Source of the DNA: an uncultured Acidimicrobiia bacterium
GTDB lineage: Bacteria; Acidobacteriota; Terriglobia; Versatilivoradales; Versatilivoraceae
NCBI GenBank assembly: GCA_963786955.1
Contig: CAWBAT010000003.1
Location: 1-64,000, forward strand
Direction: 5' to 3'
Length of the DNA: 64,000 nt
Shown here: one piece after another, positions 31,761 to 42,959 of the stretch
How the letters are laid out: each line of letters opens with the position of its first letter
Position numbering within the stretch: position 1 is the first letter of the stretch
The notes under the pieces: generated by a model
The model's input: only the letters and a program-made list of their open reading frames with translations
What the model was told of the DNA's origin: nothing
Databases searched by the model: none
Made by a program: the position numbers and the translations under genes

Positions 31761-32133
31761 TCATCCGCATTCATTTTGTCTCTCGTTTGCTGAAACTCAT
31801 TCCCATAAAGTCAAATAGGGTCGCCTCCTGAACTCTTTACCCGAATGCCTAGTTTCTTCAGATGACGCTCTGACCCGGCAACTGAGGCACGTTTCCCATC
31901 CTAGTTTGTGCGTCTGGAGCGAAGCCAATTCCCGCCAGCATCTCACTGTCCCGTGAACCACCCCTTAGCATATTCCTCTCTGCAAGGTGAACCTGGCAGT
32001 CAAGGTAGACTGCCCTTCATGAGTCCTTCAAATGCCTACAGTTACAGGGCCAATTGTCCGATAGGACAAAATGTAGGAAGCAGTATTCCTGCAGAGGATT
32101 GTCGCTCCTCGCCGACTAAACACATTTGATTCA

Positions 32134-34213
32134 ATGAAAACAACGACCGCCGTGAAGTTACAAACCATCCTGGCTATTGATGATGATCCCAACATTCTCC
32201 AGATTACCGAGATTATACTGGGAAAAGAGGGGTATCCGGTCGAAATCGCCGAGTCAGGAAGGAGGCGATTGAAGCACTTAGGCAAAAAAGAATAGATCTG
32301 ATCCTGCTAGATGTCATGCTCCCTGATACAGACGGCTATTCCCTTTGTCAGAACATCAAGGGATCCAACGAAACCCGGGATATCCCCATCATCCTGCTAA
32401 CAGGCTTGGATTCAGTCGAAAACAAAGTTCGCGGATTAGATGTCGGGGCCAGCGACTATTTGGTCAAGCCGTTTCTGCATAAGGAATTGCTTGCCAGGAT
32501 CCGCGCGCATATTCGGCATCGTGAAGTGACCGAAGAGATCAAGAGCCAATATTCTTCGGAGCTTAAAAGAGTTCGCGAAGTCAGCATTCTGAACCGGCTC
32601 ATCACGGAATTTAACAGAAGCCTGGATCAATCTGAATTATTGAATCATGCCGCGAAAGTCATTAGTACAGAACTCAACTTTGAGGGATGTGTTATTGCGC
32701 TCTGGAATCAGCAGGAGCAGCTGTTTCATTCCCAGAGCAAGTTATCACCCTCGGAAGCAATGTGTGATCGATGCCCCCGAATATAAGACTCAGAAAACTT
32801 TAATGGGCCGGGTGGCAAAGTCCCTTGAGCCCCGAATCCTTCCCGATAATGAAACGGACCCCCAAAGCCTGAAATTCTTTCCGGATACACAGTCAGAAAT
32901 GGCGGTTCCTTTGCTTCATCTAGATCAACTACTGGGGGTGCTGAGCGTCGAGAGTCAGCTCCCGAATGCTTATACAGATTCCCATTTAGAGCTGCTGAGT
33001 ACCGTCGCCGGCAACCTCGCACTGGCGCTTAAAAATGCGGAGCTCTATTCATCTGCTAAGCTGCATTCAGAGTCATTGCAGTCCATGGTCGAGCAGAGAA
33101 CTCGAGAACTTGGCCAGCAAAAAAGATTTATCGAATGCATCATTGACTCTTTACCTATCGGCTTATACGTCATTGACCGCAACTATGGAGTCGTGACCTG
33201 GAACAAGAAAAGAGAAACGGGGATTTTTGGGATTTCCAGAGATCGCGTGATTGGGAAGGATATTCGGTCTGTGTTTCTCCCGGATGTCCGCTGAGAAGTT
33301 AAAGGGTGAGTTTGAATCGGTATTTACTTCGGGTGTGCCGTTCGAGACGGAAGCTATTTCCTGGTCATCCGGCGAGAAAAATATTACCATCTGCGGAAGA
33401 TTCCCATGTCGTCGAAGGCGAAGATGTGACACACGTGATCACTCTGGCTGAAGACATCAGCGAGCGCAAGAAACTTGAAGAGTCCCTGGCAACAAACGAA
33501 AAATTGGCGAGCATCGGAAAGCTTGCAGCGGGTATTGCACATGAAATCAACAACCCTCTCGCAGCCATTTCGGGATGTGTGGAAGGACTATTGTTACGTT
33601 CGAAGGATACAACTCTTCTTCAGTTGCCCACATTTGAAGATTTCCCGGATTACTTGCGCATTGTTGATGATGAAATTAGCCGTTGTAAAGGGATTATCAA
33701 CAATCTTCTTGATTTTAGCCGCAGCCGGGGAATTCTGCAGGAAGAGATCCGGATTAATGAAACTCTTGAACAGACACTCCAGCTCTTGAGCCACCATAAG
33801 GAGTTCAAGAAGATTAGAGTCTGATGAAGTTGGGAGCCGATTGTCCGGGGGTGGTTGGAAACAGCGGAGAAATGAGGCAAGTTTTCCTGGCCATGGCTAT
33901 TAATGCAATGGACGCTATGAATGAATCTGGAACTTTGACTGTGCACACAGGGAGGGAAATCCGAAATGGCCAGAATTTCGCCTGGATTCAATTTCAAGAT
34001 ACGGGAATCGGTATTCCCCAAGAAAATATTAACAAGATTTTTGATCCCTTTTTCACTACAAAGCCGATTGGAAAAGGAACAGGGTTGGGTTTGTCAATTT
34101 GCTACGGTATTGTCAGGAGTCACGATGGATTCATCAAGGTGGAATCGGAAGTAGGGAAAGGAAGCACATTTCACATTTATGTGCCCGGAAAAGATCCGAC
34201 AAGAGCACATTAG
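32134..34213 (+). CDS. Hybrid sensor kinase REC-GAF-PAS-HisKA-HATPase (several frameshifts)
   Basis: ILAIDDD...LLDVMLP (REC), SEMAVPL..LGVLSVES (GAF), IIDSLPIGLYVID (PAS), AAGIAHEINNPL, DPFFTTKPIGKGTGLGLS. Confidence 0.85.
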
Positions 34214-34336
34214 TCTGGATTCTTGCTCGTTCGCTTCTAAACCGGCAAGGGAATTCAAGGGACACAGCGCATGGCCGCGATTGAGCCCCGGCGTTCGCAC
34301 TAATTCGGAGATGAGACCTGGAGGAGGAATCTACCC

Positions 34337-35713
34337 ATGAATAATGGAAAGCGAATCAAGTTGTTGATCGCCGACGATGAAAAGAATTTCAGCTTGATTC
34401 TTCAAAAAGAGCTTTCCCGGAAGGAGTATGACGTTTCGGTTGCCAATGACGGAAAAAGCGCCGTTGAATTTGCAGAGAAGGTAGACTACGACGTCATCGT
34501 AATGGACATCATGATGCCGAATTTAGATGGGATTCAAGCGCTAAAAATTCTGAAGCAAGCTGAGCCCTCACCGGAAGTCATCATGTTAACGGGGAATGCA
34601 TCGGTTGAAACGGCCATTGAAGCCATGAAGGCTGGCGCTTATGACTACCTCACAAAACCCTGTAAAATCGAAGAATTGGACATTTTGATCCGCAAGGCCT
34701 ACGAGCGAAGGGCCCTGCAGAAAGAAAATTTATTCATGCAGGTCCGATTGAACCGCAAAGAAGCGACACACCAGCTGGTTACCAATAACCGGAAGATGAA
34801 AGAATTACTCTCGCTTGTGGAGCGTGCCGCTCAATCGGAATCGAGCGTATTGATTCAAGGTGAGAGTGGTGTGGGGAAGGAATTGATAGCACAATCGATC
34901 CACCGCTTTTCTTCTCGGTATGGACAGCCGTTCATAGATATCAATTGTGGTGCGATTCAAGACACCCTATTGGAGAGCGAAATGTTTGGCTATGAGAAGG
35001 GTGCGTTTACTAATGCCGATTCCTCCAAACCGGGGCTCTTTGAGCTCGCGGATCACGGTACCCTTTTTCTTGATGAGATTGGTGAATTGAGCCCGCGCCT
35101 CCAAGTGAAACTGTTGCGGGTTCTAGAGACTCGTACGTTTTTTCGCGTCGGCGGCGTGAAACAGGTGAAGGTAGACATTCGGCTGGTAGCGGCGACCAAC
35201 AAGACTCTACAGGAGGAAGTTCAAGAGAATCGATTCCGACAGGATTTGCTCTATCGCATCAATACGGTTACCGTCGAAATCCCTCCATTGCGGGAGAGAA
35301 AGGACGATGTTCCAATCCTTGTGGAACACTTCGTGAAGAACTTGGCCAGCAAAACCCCATTGTCTGTATCTTCAGAGGCAATGGAACTGATGTCGGAATA
35401 CTCTTGGCCTGGAAATGTGAGAGAGTTGAGAAACGTCATTGAACGCGCCCTGGTTTTAACTCCCGCTGGAGAAATCACCAAAGACTGTTTGCCACTCGAA
35501 ATCTATAATCGGAAAAAGACCGTGGTCCCTGTCTCGCCAAGCGAGAAAACGGCTGTGAGTTCCACGTTGAGTTTGGCGGAAATGGAGAAGGAGCAAATTA
35601 TCGCCATCTTGAACAAGGTGAACTGGCATCGCGGTAAGGCTGCTATCCTTCTTGGGATTACGCCCAAGACCCTGTACCGAAAGTTACGCTCCTACAATCT
35701 CCAAACCGATTGA
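34337..35713 (+). CDS. Sigma54-dependent NtrC/AtoC-family response regulator
   Basis: REC, GESGVGKE, ESEMFGYEKGAFTNA, LFLDEIGE, WPGNVREL and a Fis-type HTH. Confidence 0.95.
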   Translation: MNNGKRIKLLIADDEKNFSLILQKELSRKEYDVSVANDGKSAVEFAEKVDYDVIVMDIMMPNLDGIQALKILKQAEPSPEVIMLTGNASVETAIEAMKAGAYDYLTKPCKIEELDILIRKAYERRALQKENLFMQVRLNRKEATHQLVTNNRKMKELLSLVERAAQSESSVLIQGESGVGKELIAQSIHRFSSRYGQPFIDINCGAIQDTLLESEMFGYEKGAFTNADSSKPGLFELADHGTLFLDEIGELSPRLQVKLLRVLETRTFFRVGGVKQVKVDIRLVAATNKTLQEEVQENRFRQDLLYRINTVTVEIPPLRERKDDVPILVEHFVKNLASKTPLSVSSEAMELMSEYSWPGNVRELRNVIERALVLTPAGEITKDCLPLEIYNRKKTVVPVSPSEKTAVSSTLSLAEMEKEQIIAILNKVNWHRGKAAILLGITPKTLYRKLRSYNLQTD

Positions 35714-36091
35714 ACAGCAGGAAGGTTCCTTCCAGTGGATACATCCCGAATTTAATAAAGATCTTTGCTGCCGCTTGGACTGCCAAAACCTCAAGATAGG
35801 CCCCCAACTGTGATTAGCCGATGAGGGGTCGTTGATTAGGATTTTGCGAAGTGATGCTTGCGTTCTATAGCGCTATCTAGGGGTGGTCATGTGTACTTGC
35901 AAACCATCTACCATTTATGAAAGAGGAAAGGGGAACTTTGGTGTATCCTGAAATCTTTAATCTTGTGTCAGTCGAAGTTCCCTAAAGTTATTAATAATTT
36001 CCCTAGAATCGCTGGTATTCTCCTCGGAGGAATATCAAAGGTTGATAGAAGGGACTCTCTTCTGAATATTTACTAGAAGGGTTAGTGACTC

Positions 36092-38146
36092 ATGAGAAAG
36101 ATATTTGGCTTCACTGGCATCTTGGTATGTTGCCTCCTCATATCGTGCCGGCCGCCCAAAGATCATACGAAACTTGCCGAAGGTGAGAGCCAGCGTTATG
36201 TCCAGTTGCTGGAAAGAATCGAATCTGCCGGCAATCAGTACCGGCAAGCTATTGATTTGTTTAGGTATGCAGATTCAACCCTCGAGCGGAGTTTGGCAGA
36301 AAGCCATTTGGACCTCTCGCGTCAATTTCTGGAAACTCAGTTTCAGGTTGCCGAAATCGAGTTGAAGGCCTTAGCGCTGAGGGAGTCTGATCCTTTTGCG
36401 GCGAAGACTGCTTCAAGTAAATCGTCCGATGACGTTCAGTACGAAAAAATAGTTGAAGAAGTCTGGACACTTTCAGCAGAACTGGATGGGGCGAAGGCCC
36501 ATTTTCAGAAAACTCACGAAAATCTCAAGAAGGCGTCTACCCCAGACAGCTTTCGAAGGGCCCAAATTGCTCTCGATCTGTCTCAAAAAGAGGTCATGAT
36601 TGCCGATAGAAAGCTGGATCTTGCTGGCTCGAACTTAGACATCCACGATTACCAACGCAAAAAAAATGCCTCAAAGAGTCTGCAGTCGTTTTCGCTGGCT
36701 GATCGTATAAAACTCCTAAAAGAAGAGCTGCTTACCTCTCCAAGTAAAGTTGCTGTTTTCGCGGGCCAACTAAACAAGGGAGCGGAACTTCATTTAGCAC
36801 AGCCATCCCAAGACACCCACCCCAGAGGACTCTTAGTGAATATTCAAGATTACCTGGATCGTAGTCGTAAACTTGAAATCCTCGAAAGGGCCAAAAAGAA
36901 AACCTTGGAGATGCAACAAGCTGTCCGTTTGACTTTAGAAGAACATTTGCGGGAATTTGAAAAGCTGCAACTGGAACACTTGGAACTCAATCAAAAAACC
37001 ACCTCGATCTACAACCAAGCTTACAATCTGGTAAAAAATGGTGGGAAACAAGACGAGGTCAAAGGGCTTTTTGATACCGCAGAACAGCAGTTGAGTTTGT
37101 CCGCTCGTCTCGATGAACAAAAGGAGCTAGCAAAAAAAACCATCACCCTGGTTCGAAATCAAGATTTGCTCATCCAGGAGGATAGCGAAAAAATTATCGA
37201 CTGGGCGACAATGGCGTCGGAGGATCGCAAAGAGTCACTTTATCGCGTTGCCAATCGTGCCGGGATTGTGCTGATGTTGATCATCCTAGTCCTGTTGATT
37301 TCCTTTTATCTGAAGCGTTTGCCTTACCGGTTCATGCAGGAAGGGAAAAATGCTTTCTATTTTCGCAAGTTGATTAGTTTCTGTTCCGCACTTGCGATTG
37401 GGGCCATGATTCTGATCAATTTTATTAGCGATTTTGGGAGCGTATCGGCCGTAATCGGTTTAGCCGGAGCCGGCCTTGCGATTGCATTACAGGATCCCAT
37501 AGTCAGTCTGGCTGGTTGGTTCCTGATCGTTGGGAAGTTTGGAATTAGCGTAGGGGATCGAATCGAAATAAGCCATGTCAAAGGAGATGTTATTGATATT
37601 GGATTGTTCCGTCTTGCCATACTGGAAGTCGGGAATTGGGTAGGCGCTGAGCAGTCGACGGGACGTGTCGTCTTTTTTCCCAACAGCTTCATTCTTAAAA
37701 ATCACTATTACAATTATTCAACTGGGAATTCGTTCATTTGGGATGAGATTAAAGTCACCCTGACTTCTGAAAGTGATTGGGAGAAAGCCAAGCAAATTGT
37801 AGAGAACATTGCCTTTCAAGTTTCACAAGAGTTTATTGAAGAGGCCAAGGGGCAATCCGATGAGATTGCCCGGCGCTTTCATATCAATCTGGGTACCCTC
37901 ACCCCTATCGTATATGTTTCCATTGGAGAACGAGGTGTTGACTTGCTGCTTCGCTATTTGACTGCCATTCGAAAACGGCGAATGACTAACGATCAAATCA
38001 GTCGCGAAATTTTGGCTGCATTTGAAGGGGATCCCCGATTGGTTTTGGCTTACCCAGCGCGTGGAATAAGCTCGGATTCCAGAACTATTCCCGAAAGAAA
38101 CCCATCCAACAGGGAACCGGAGCCCCATTTGCCAGGGAAGATCTAG
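36092..38146 (+). CDS. MscS-family mechanosensitive channel with long N-terminal helical domain
   Basis: GLAGAGLAIALQD, VGDRIEI..KGDVIDIG, TGRVVFFPNS. N-terminal signal/lipobox-like LLISC. Confidence 0.88.
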   Translation: MRKIFGFTGILVCCLLISCRPPKDHTKLAEGESQRYVQLLERIESAGNQYRQAIDLFRYADSTLERSLAESHLDLSRQFLETQFQVAEIELKALALRESDPFAAKTASSKSSDDVQYEKIVEEVWTLSAELDGAKAHFQKTHENLKKASTPDSFRRAQIALDLSQKEVMIADRKLDLAGSNLDIHDYQRKKNASKSLQSFSLADRIKLLKEELLTSPSKVAVFAGQLNKGAELHLAQPSQDTHPRGLLVNIQDYLDRSRKLEILERAKKKTLEMQQAVRLTLEEHLREFEKLQLEHLELNQKTTSIYNQAYNLVKNGGKQDEVKGLFDTAEQQLSLSARLDEQKELAKKTITLVRNQDLLIQEDSEKIIDWATMASEDRKESLYRVANRAGIVLMLIILVLLISFYLKRLPYRFMQEGKNAFYFRKLISFCSALAIGAMILINFISDFGSVSAVIGLAGAGLAIALQDPIVSLAGWFLIVGKFGISVGDRIEISHVKGDVIDIGLFRLAILEVGNWVGAEQSTGRVVFFPNSFILKNHYYNYSTGNSFIWDEIKVTLTSESDWEKAKQIVENIAFQVSQEFIEEAKGQSDEIARRFHINLGTLTPIVYVSIGERGVDLLLRYLTAIRKRRMTNDQISREILAAFEGDPRLVLAYPARGISSDSRTIPERNPSNREPEPHLPGKI

Positions 38147-38153
38147 ATAGATT

Positions 38154-39185
38154 ATGAAACTCCTGAAGGAACCCAACTCTGAAATGAAGGGCGGCAACAC
38201 ACCGACTGTGGACCATACTCTTGAAATCCCGGTTCGAAGAAGAAGTCGACTTTTGCAAGGGTTCCGCTGGCTGATCTTTCTTGCTGTTTTCTCAGCGATC
38301 GCCCATAGGATTTGGGTTGAAAAAGGAAAGATCGCGAGCTATCCTTTGGCCCTTCATTTCGGCTGGATCTCGCTGAGTATGGCTTGCTACTGTGCAGCCA
38401 TGGCTGGATGCGCGATCTTCTGGTGGCTGGCATTACGTGACTTTGGAGGATCTCCGTCCCTCATCAATACTGCTTACGCCTATTTTGTAGGACACCTCGG
38501 AAAATATGTTCCAGGGAAAGGATTAGTCATTGTCATTCGAACGCTCCTCATCCGAGGGCCTGGAATTGGAGCATCGAGTGCTGCGTTCACCTCGATTTTG
38601 GAGACATTTTTCTTGATGGCCGTGGGGTCGCTACTCTGCCTTCCCGTCTTCATCTGGGCTCCTTTGCCATATCGTTGGATCCTTTCCTGTTCTAGTCTTA
38701 TCTTTGCGCTCTCATTTGGGGTAATTATCGTCCCCCCGGTCACAGTCAGGACGCGAGCCTGGTTAGCGGGAATATTTCCCGCCTTTGAAAGTAACGCGGT
38801 CTGCGGTTGGAAGACCATGGAAAAGGGTTTTCTGTTCATGTTGTCAGCCTGGGTCTTATGCGGCTTGAGCTTACTTTTGGTATTCAAGGCCATAGGCGGG
38901 ATGGGCCTTCTCTACGACAAAATGGGTTTCCTCGCACTGTGGGCCATCATGACCGCCTCCGTCGCGTTTGCAACGATAGCCGGATTTGTGAGCATGATGC
39001 CTGGTGGTCTTGGTACACGGGAATGGGTACTGATTGAAACATTAGGACCGATTGTGGGGACGCCTCAAGTAATGCTTGCCGCCGGAATCTTGCGATTGCA
39101 GTGGGTTGTAACAGAGTTGCTTGCCGGTGGCGTTCTGTGGTATCTCGATCGACAATGGACTCAATCCAGAAGACATCCCAATTGA
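38154..39185 (+). CDS. LPG-synthase TM / flippase-like (UPF0104) membrane protein
   Basis: GHLGKYVPGK and MPGGLGTRE motifs in a polytopic protein. Confidence 0.82.
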   Translation: MKLLKEPNSEMKGGNTPTVDHTLEIPVRRRSRLLQGFRWLIFLAVFSAIAHRIWVEKGKIASYPLALHFGWISLSMACYCAAMAGCAIFWWLALRDFGGSPSLINTAYAYFVGHLGKYVPGKGLVIVIRTLLIRGPGIGASSAAFTSILETFFLMAVGSLLCLPVFIWAPLPYRWILSCSSLIFALSFGVIIVPPVTVRTRAWLAGIFPAFESNAVCGWKTMEKGFLFMLSAWVLCGLSLLLVFKAIGGMGLLYDKMGFLALWAIMTASVAFATIAGFVSMMPGGLGTREWVLIETLGPIVGTPQVMLAAGILRLQWVVTELLAGGVLWYLDRQWTQSRRHPN

Positions 39186-40150
39186 TCAGCGTTGTGATTC
39201 CAGTGTTCAATGAGGCGGACAGCCTTGAGGAGCTTTCGGGCCATATCATGAGTGTGGCTGAATCCAATCGATTTCAGATGGAAGTCTTTATTGTGGATGA
39301 TGGTAGCGACGACTCCACCTGGGAAGTAATCTGTGCTTTGGCAAGGCAAAATCCATGTGTCCATGGAATTCGCTTGCGCCGGAACTTTGGAAAAGCCTCA
39401 GCCCTAGCAGCCGGGTTTAAAACTGCCTCAGGGAATATAGTCGTTCAAATGGACGGAGATCTCCAAGACGATCCTGCCGAGATTCCCAATCTTTTGAAAG
39501 CTCTCAATGAAGGAGCAGATGTTGTTAACGGATGGAAAAAACATCGGAAAGATCCTTGGCACAAGACTTTTCCCAGCCGCATTTTTAACTGGATACTAGG
39601 TTGTGTATCGGGACTTAAACTCCATGATCACAATTGTGGTCTCAAGTGTTTTCGCAAGGAAGCACTTCAACAAATCCCTCTTTACGGCGAGCGCCATCGC
39701 TTCATTCCGATTCTTGCCCATGCCAAAGGTTACCGGGTTGCCGAAATGGAGGTCCGTCACCACCCACGCCGTCACGGCAAATCAAAGTATGGAGCGCTGC
39801 GCTTCGTCAAAGGTACCCTAGATCTAATCACCATGACCTTCTTGGCGGGTTTCACGCAAACCCCGTTTCACCTCCTCGGGGGAATCGGGTTGCTGGCCTT
39901 CATCTTTGGAGCTTCCGGACTCAGTTACCTTGCGATTTGCTGGGGCCTGGCACAACAAGGGGTCGAAGGTTATGGTCCGATTGGGCATCGTCCGCTCTTA
40001 ATCTACTCTGCTGCCTCCCTGGTTCTGGGAGTTCAAATGTTGGGTATAGGCTTCTTAGCTGAATTGATGATATCGATAAATTTTCGCGACCAACCTCAAT
40101 ATTCCATTGCAGAGACAACGAGAGTCGAAGTTGAAACAGGGAAACAATGA
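39155..40150 (+). CDS. GT2 polyprenyl-phosphate glycosyltransferase (ArnC/GtrB-like)
   Basis: SVVIPVFNE, VDDGSDD, RNFGKA, MDGDLQDDP, HRFIP, two C-terminal TMs. Confidence 0.92.
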   Translation: MDSIQKTSQLISVVIPVFNEADSLEELSGHIMSVAESNRFQMEVFIVDDGSDDSTWEVICALARQNPCVHGIRLRRNFGKASALAAGFKTASGNIVVQMDGDLQDDPAEIPNLLKALNEGADVVNGWKKHRKDPWHKTFPSRIFNWILGCVSGLKLHDHNCGLKCFRKEALQQIPLYGERHRFIPILAHAKGYRVAEMEVRHHPRRHGKSKYGALRFVKGTLDLITMTFLAGFTQTPFHLLGGIGLLAFIFGASGLSYLAICWGLAQQGVEGYGPIGHRPLLIYSAASLVLGVQMLGIGFLAELMISINFRDQPQYSIAETTRVEVETGKQ

Positions 40151-41538
40151 ACGGGTTACGAGACAACCTTGCAAGTGCCAAAGGAATTTCAGAACGGAGG
40201 CAATTGGATTCCTTGATCATTTGCCTCACAACCGGAATCGTTCTCGGCCTGATTTTCTTGGCAAGAGGTAACACGTTGCCGATGCATAGTGTGAACGATT
40301 TGTCTCGCTGGGCAACGGTATATAGCCTGGCTGAACGAGGCACGTACCAGATCGATACGACGCCCTGGCCCCCCAGTATCGACAGGGTCCAAATTGATGG
40401 GCATTCGTATTCCACGAAACCTCCGTTGTTGCCGACTCTTTTGGCAGCAGAATACCTTTTATTCAAGAAATTGAGTCTGGGGCATCTCAGTTTTCAGAAC
40501 AGCCCTGAAGCCGTCATTCGGGTGATTGTCGCAACTGTTAATCTCCTCCCTTTGGTTGCGTTCCTTTTCTTTTACTCACGTTACCTGGAGGACCAAAACT
40601 TATCACTTTGGGCGCACTTCTTCTCTATGTGTTCAGCGGCATTAGGGACCTATCTGACGGCGTTTAGTATCACACTTAATAATCACACGATCGCAGCTTT
40701 CAGTGCTTCATTTTCGCTTTATGGCTTGTACCGAATATGGGTACTGGGTGAGAGAAAGGCAATCCTGTTTATATTGGCAGGGTTTTTTGCGGGGTTCACC
40801 GCGGTCAATGAATTCCCTGCCGATTTCATTCCTAGTGTTAATAACCGCCGGGTTATTATGGAAGGTTCCGGTACCTACGCTGCGCATATTTGTCCCACTC
40901 GCATTATTACCGGTTAGTGCTCATTTTCTTACCAATTATGCCTCTACCGGGAGTCTCAAACCTGCGTACTCAGACAAGAGCGCCTACGAATTCCCGGGCT
41001 CATACTGGAAGATTGACCCGCAATCGGGCCGTCTGGTGGGGAGTCGTGTCGATTCATTAACAGGCAGAGTAGTTCTGGAAAATCCGACGATGATCGACAA
41101 CCAATATGAACCATGGCCCGTATACCTGTTTCACATGCTCATTGGGCACCACGGAATTATTACCCTATCCCCTATTTTCCTATTTAGTTTTCTGGGTATC
41201 TTTCATCTGTCTTCGGGCCGGGAACACCCAAGCGGGATTTCGCATTCATGAGCCTTTTCTTAACATCATTAATGCTGGTTTTTTATACTTTCTTTGCGGG
41301 TCAGAGGAATTATGGAGGGATGTGCAATGGATTACGCTGGCTTTTCTGGCTGATTCCGTTTTGGCTTTTTTTTCTCCCTGTGGGACTTAGCGAAGGTGAA
41401 AATCAACGTTGGTTCCGGGCGGCTGCACTTCTATGTTTGTTGATCTCAGCGGTCTCGGTTTTTTACGCAACCAGAAATCCCTGGACGCGACCTTGGCTGC
41501 ACGAATGGCTATTTTATGAGGGTTGGATTAAATATTGA
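40147..41538 (+). CDS. GT-C-like polytopic membrane protein (frameshifted)
   Basis: NDLSRWATV, YSTKPPLLP, TLNNHT, GHHGIITLSP, NYGG..GLRW across ORFs 40147, 40703 and 41248. ATGA overlap with the GT2 gene. Confidence 0.65.
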
Positions 41539-41846
41539 GGCGGATGCCTCCAGATCCCGAATTCGTCATCTAGAACTAACTAGTTTCTCCATTTGGTCAT
41601 TTGGGGGATTAACTCGCTTATTAGGAACTCGACTTTAGCAACGCGCTTGATTGAAGCGAATGACACAGTGTGTGAGAATAGGGACTATCTTGAAGATGTT
41701 TGAGTGCGGTTCCTAAAATTCGCCACGGGGCTGTGAAGTTCAGAAAATGTTCCGTCGATAGCGGAAATACCCCCACGGCTGAGCCCTGTCAAAATTGTTT
41801 ACGTCTCTGCGACCCACTTCTTGGTTTTCTCTGGAACGGAGGATAA

Positions 41847-42959
41847 ATGAGTATCATTGGAGATCTTCAAGACATACCTCTTGCTGATCTCATACAGCTT
41901 TTGGCGAATAGCCAGAGAACAGGTATTCTTTATATCAATACGAATGAGGGGCGCAGTGCCATTGTATTTAAGAATGGATTTGTCGTTTCCGCTTCCAAGC
42001 CGAACTTGGAAAACCGCTTGGGGCAACTGCTCCGAAAGCAGAATGACATTTCCGACCTGGACTTAGAAATGTGCTTGAAGGAACAATCTCAATCTCGACG
42101 CCCTCTTGGGGAAATTCTGCTCGATCGATTATTAGTAACCCCAGACCAATTGAGGGGCATCATGCGACAACAGGTTGTAGAAACGGTCAATGAGATCGTA
42201 AACCAGGTTCAAGGAAGCTTCAGTTTCCATTCAGAAGCCAACCTCCCATCCGACTTGGTCAATTTTGACACCCAGCACCTATTGCTCGATGTGGCCTACC
42301 TTCAAGATACGTACGGGAAGAGTTACTCCGCACGCGCCGAAGAATTTTTTTCCCCCCAACATTTAATTAGTGAGATCGAAGAAGAAACCTGGGCGAATTC
42401 AGAGAGGCCGCAGGAATATTCTAGCTATCCAGCACTAAGGCTTCTGAGGGAGTTGTCTGGAGAATTGGCGAGACCTCGCGAGTCAACGGAAGTCTCACTT
42501 CTTGTCTTGAGATTGGCGGCTGAGTTCTTTGATCGATGTATCTTTTTCGTGGTGTCCAATGACTATTTTGTTGCCTGTGGAGGGTTTGGGTTCCCTTTTA
42601 AAATGGAACAAGGGCACATCGTCCAGCCGAGAGTAGCAATCCCCGCGATATCCACTTCGATCTTAAAGATTGTCTATGAAGCAATGCAAGCTTATCGTGG
42701 TGAGTTACTCGATGGAGAATGGGGAAAGGAGCTCGTATTGAAACTTTCGGGGCGTCTTCCCCACGAGGTCATGGTTTTCCCAATTATCTGTCAGGGTAGA
42801 GTGATAGCTTTGGTGTACGGAGATAATGGGGAAAGCCAGCGACGCCTGGGTTCTCCTGAAATTCTTGAAATACTCTTGCTCCAGGCTGGAATGGCACTTG
42901 AGAACGGTATTTTAAGAGACCGTTTGCTACTGCTTACCCAGGTGCCGGCACCCTCGTAG
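41847..42959 (+). CDS. DUF4388 (PatA_N-like) protein with MshEN-like repeat and C-terminal GAF-like domain
   Basis: GDLQDIPLADLIQLL...TGIL...F.NG, RLGQLL...LGEIL, FPIICQGRVIALVYGDN. Confidence 0.8.
   Translation: MSIIGDLQDIPLADLIQLLANSQRTGILYINTNEGRSAIVFKNGFVVSASKPNLENRLGQLLRKQNDISDLDLEMCLKEQSQSRRPLGEILLDRLLVTPDQLRGIMRQQVVETVNEIVNQVQGSFSFHSEANLPSDLVNFDTQHLLLDVAYLQDTYGKSYSARAEEFFSPQHLISEIEEETWANSERPQEYSSYPALRLLRELSGELARPRESTEVSLLVLRLAAEFFDRCIFFVVSNDYFVACGGFGFPFKMEQGHIVQPRVAIPAISTSILKIVYEAMQAYRGELLDGEWGKELVLKLSGRLPHEVMVFPIICQGRVIALVYGDNGESQRRLGSPEILEILLLQAGMALENGILRDRLLLLTQVPAPS

Noticed and set aside
41660-41800. Cobalamin riboswitch-like words (AATAGGGA, GCCAC, CTGTGA)
   Set aside because: Order, spacing and the B12 box do not fit, and the downstream gene is unrelated to cobalamin.
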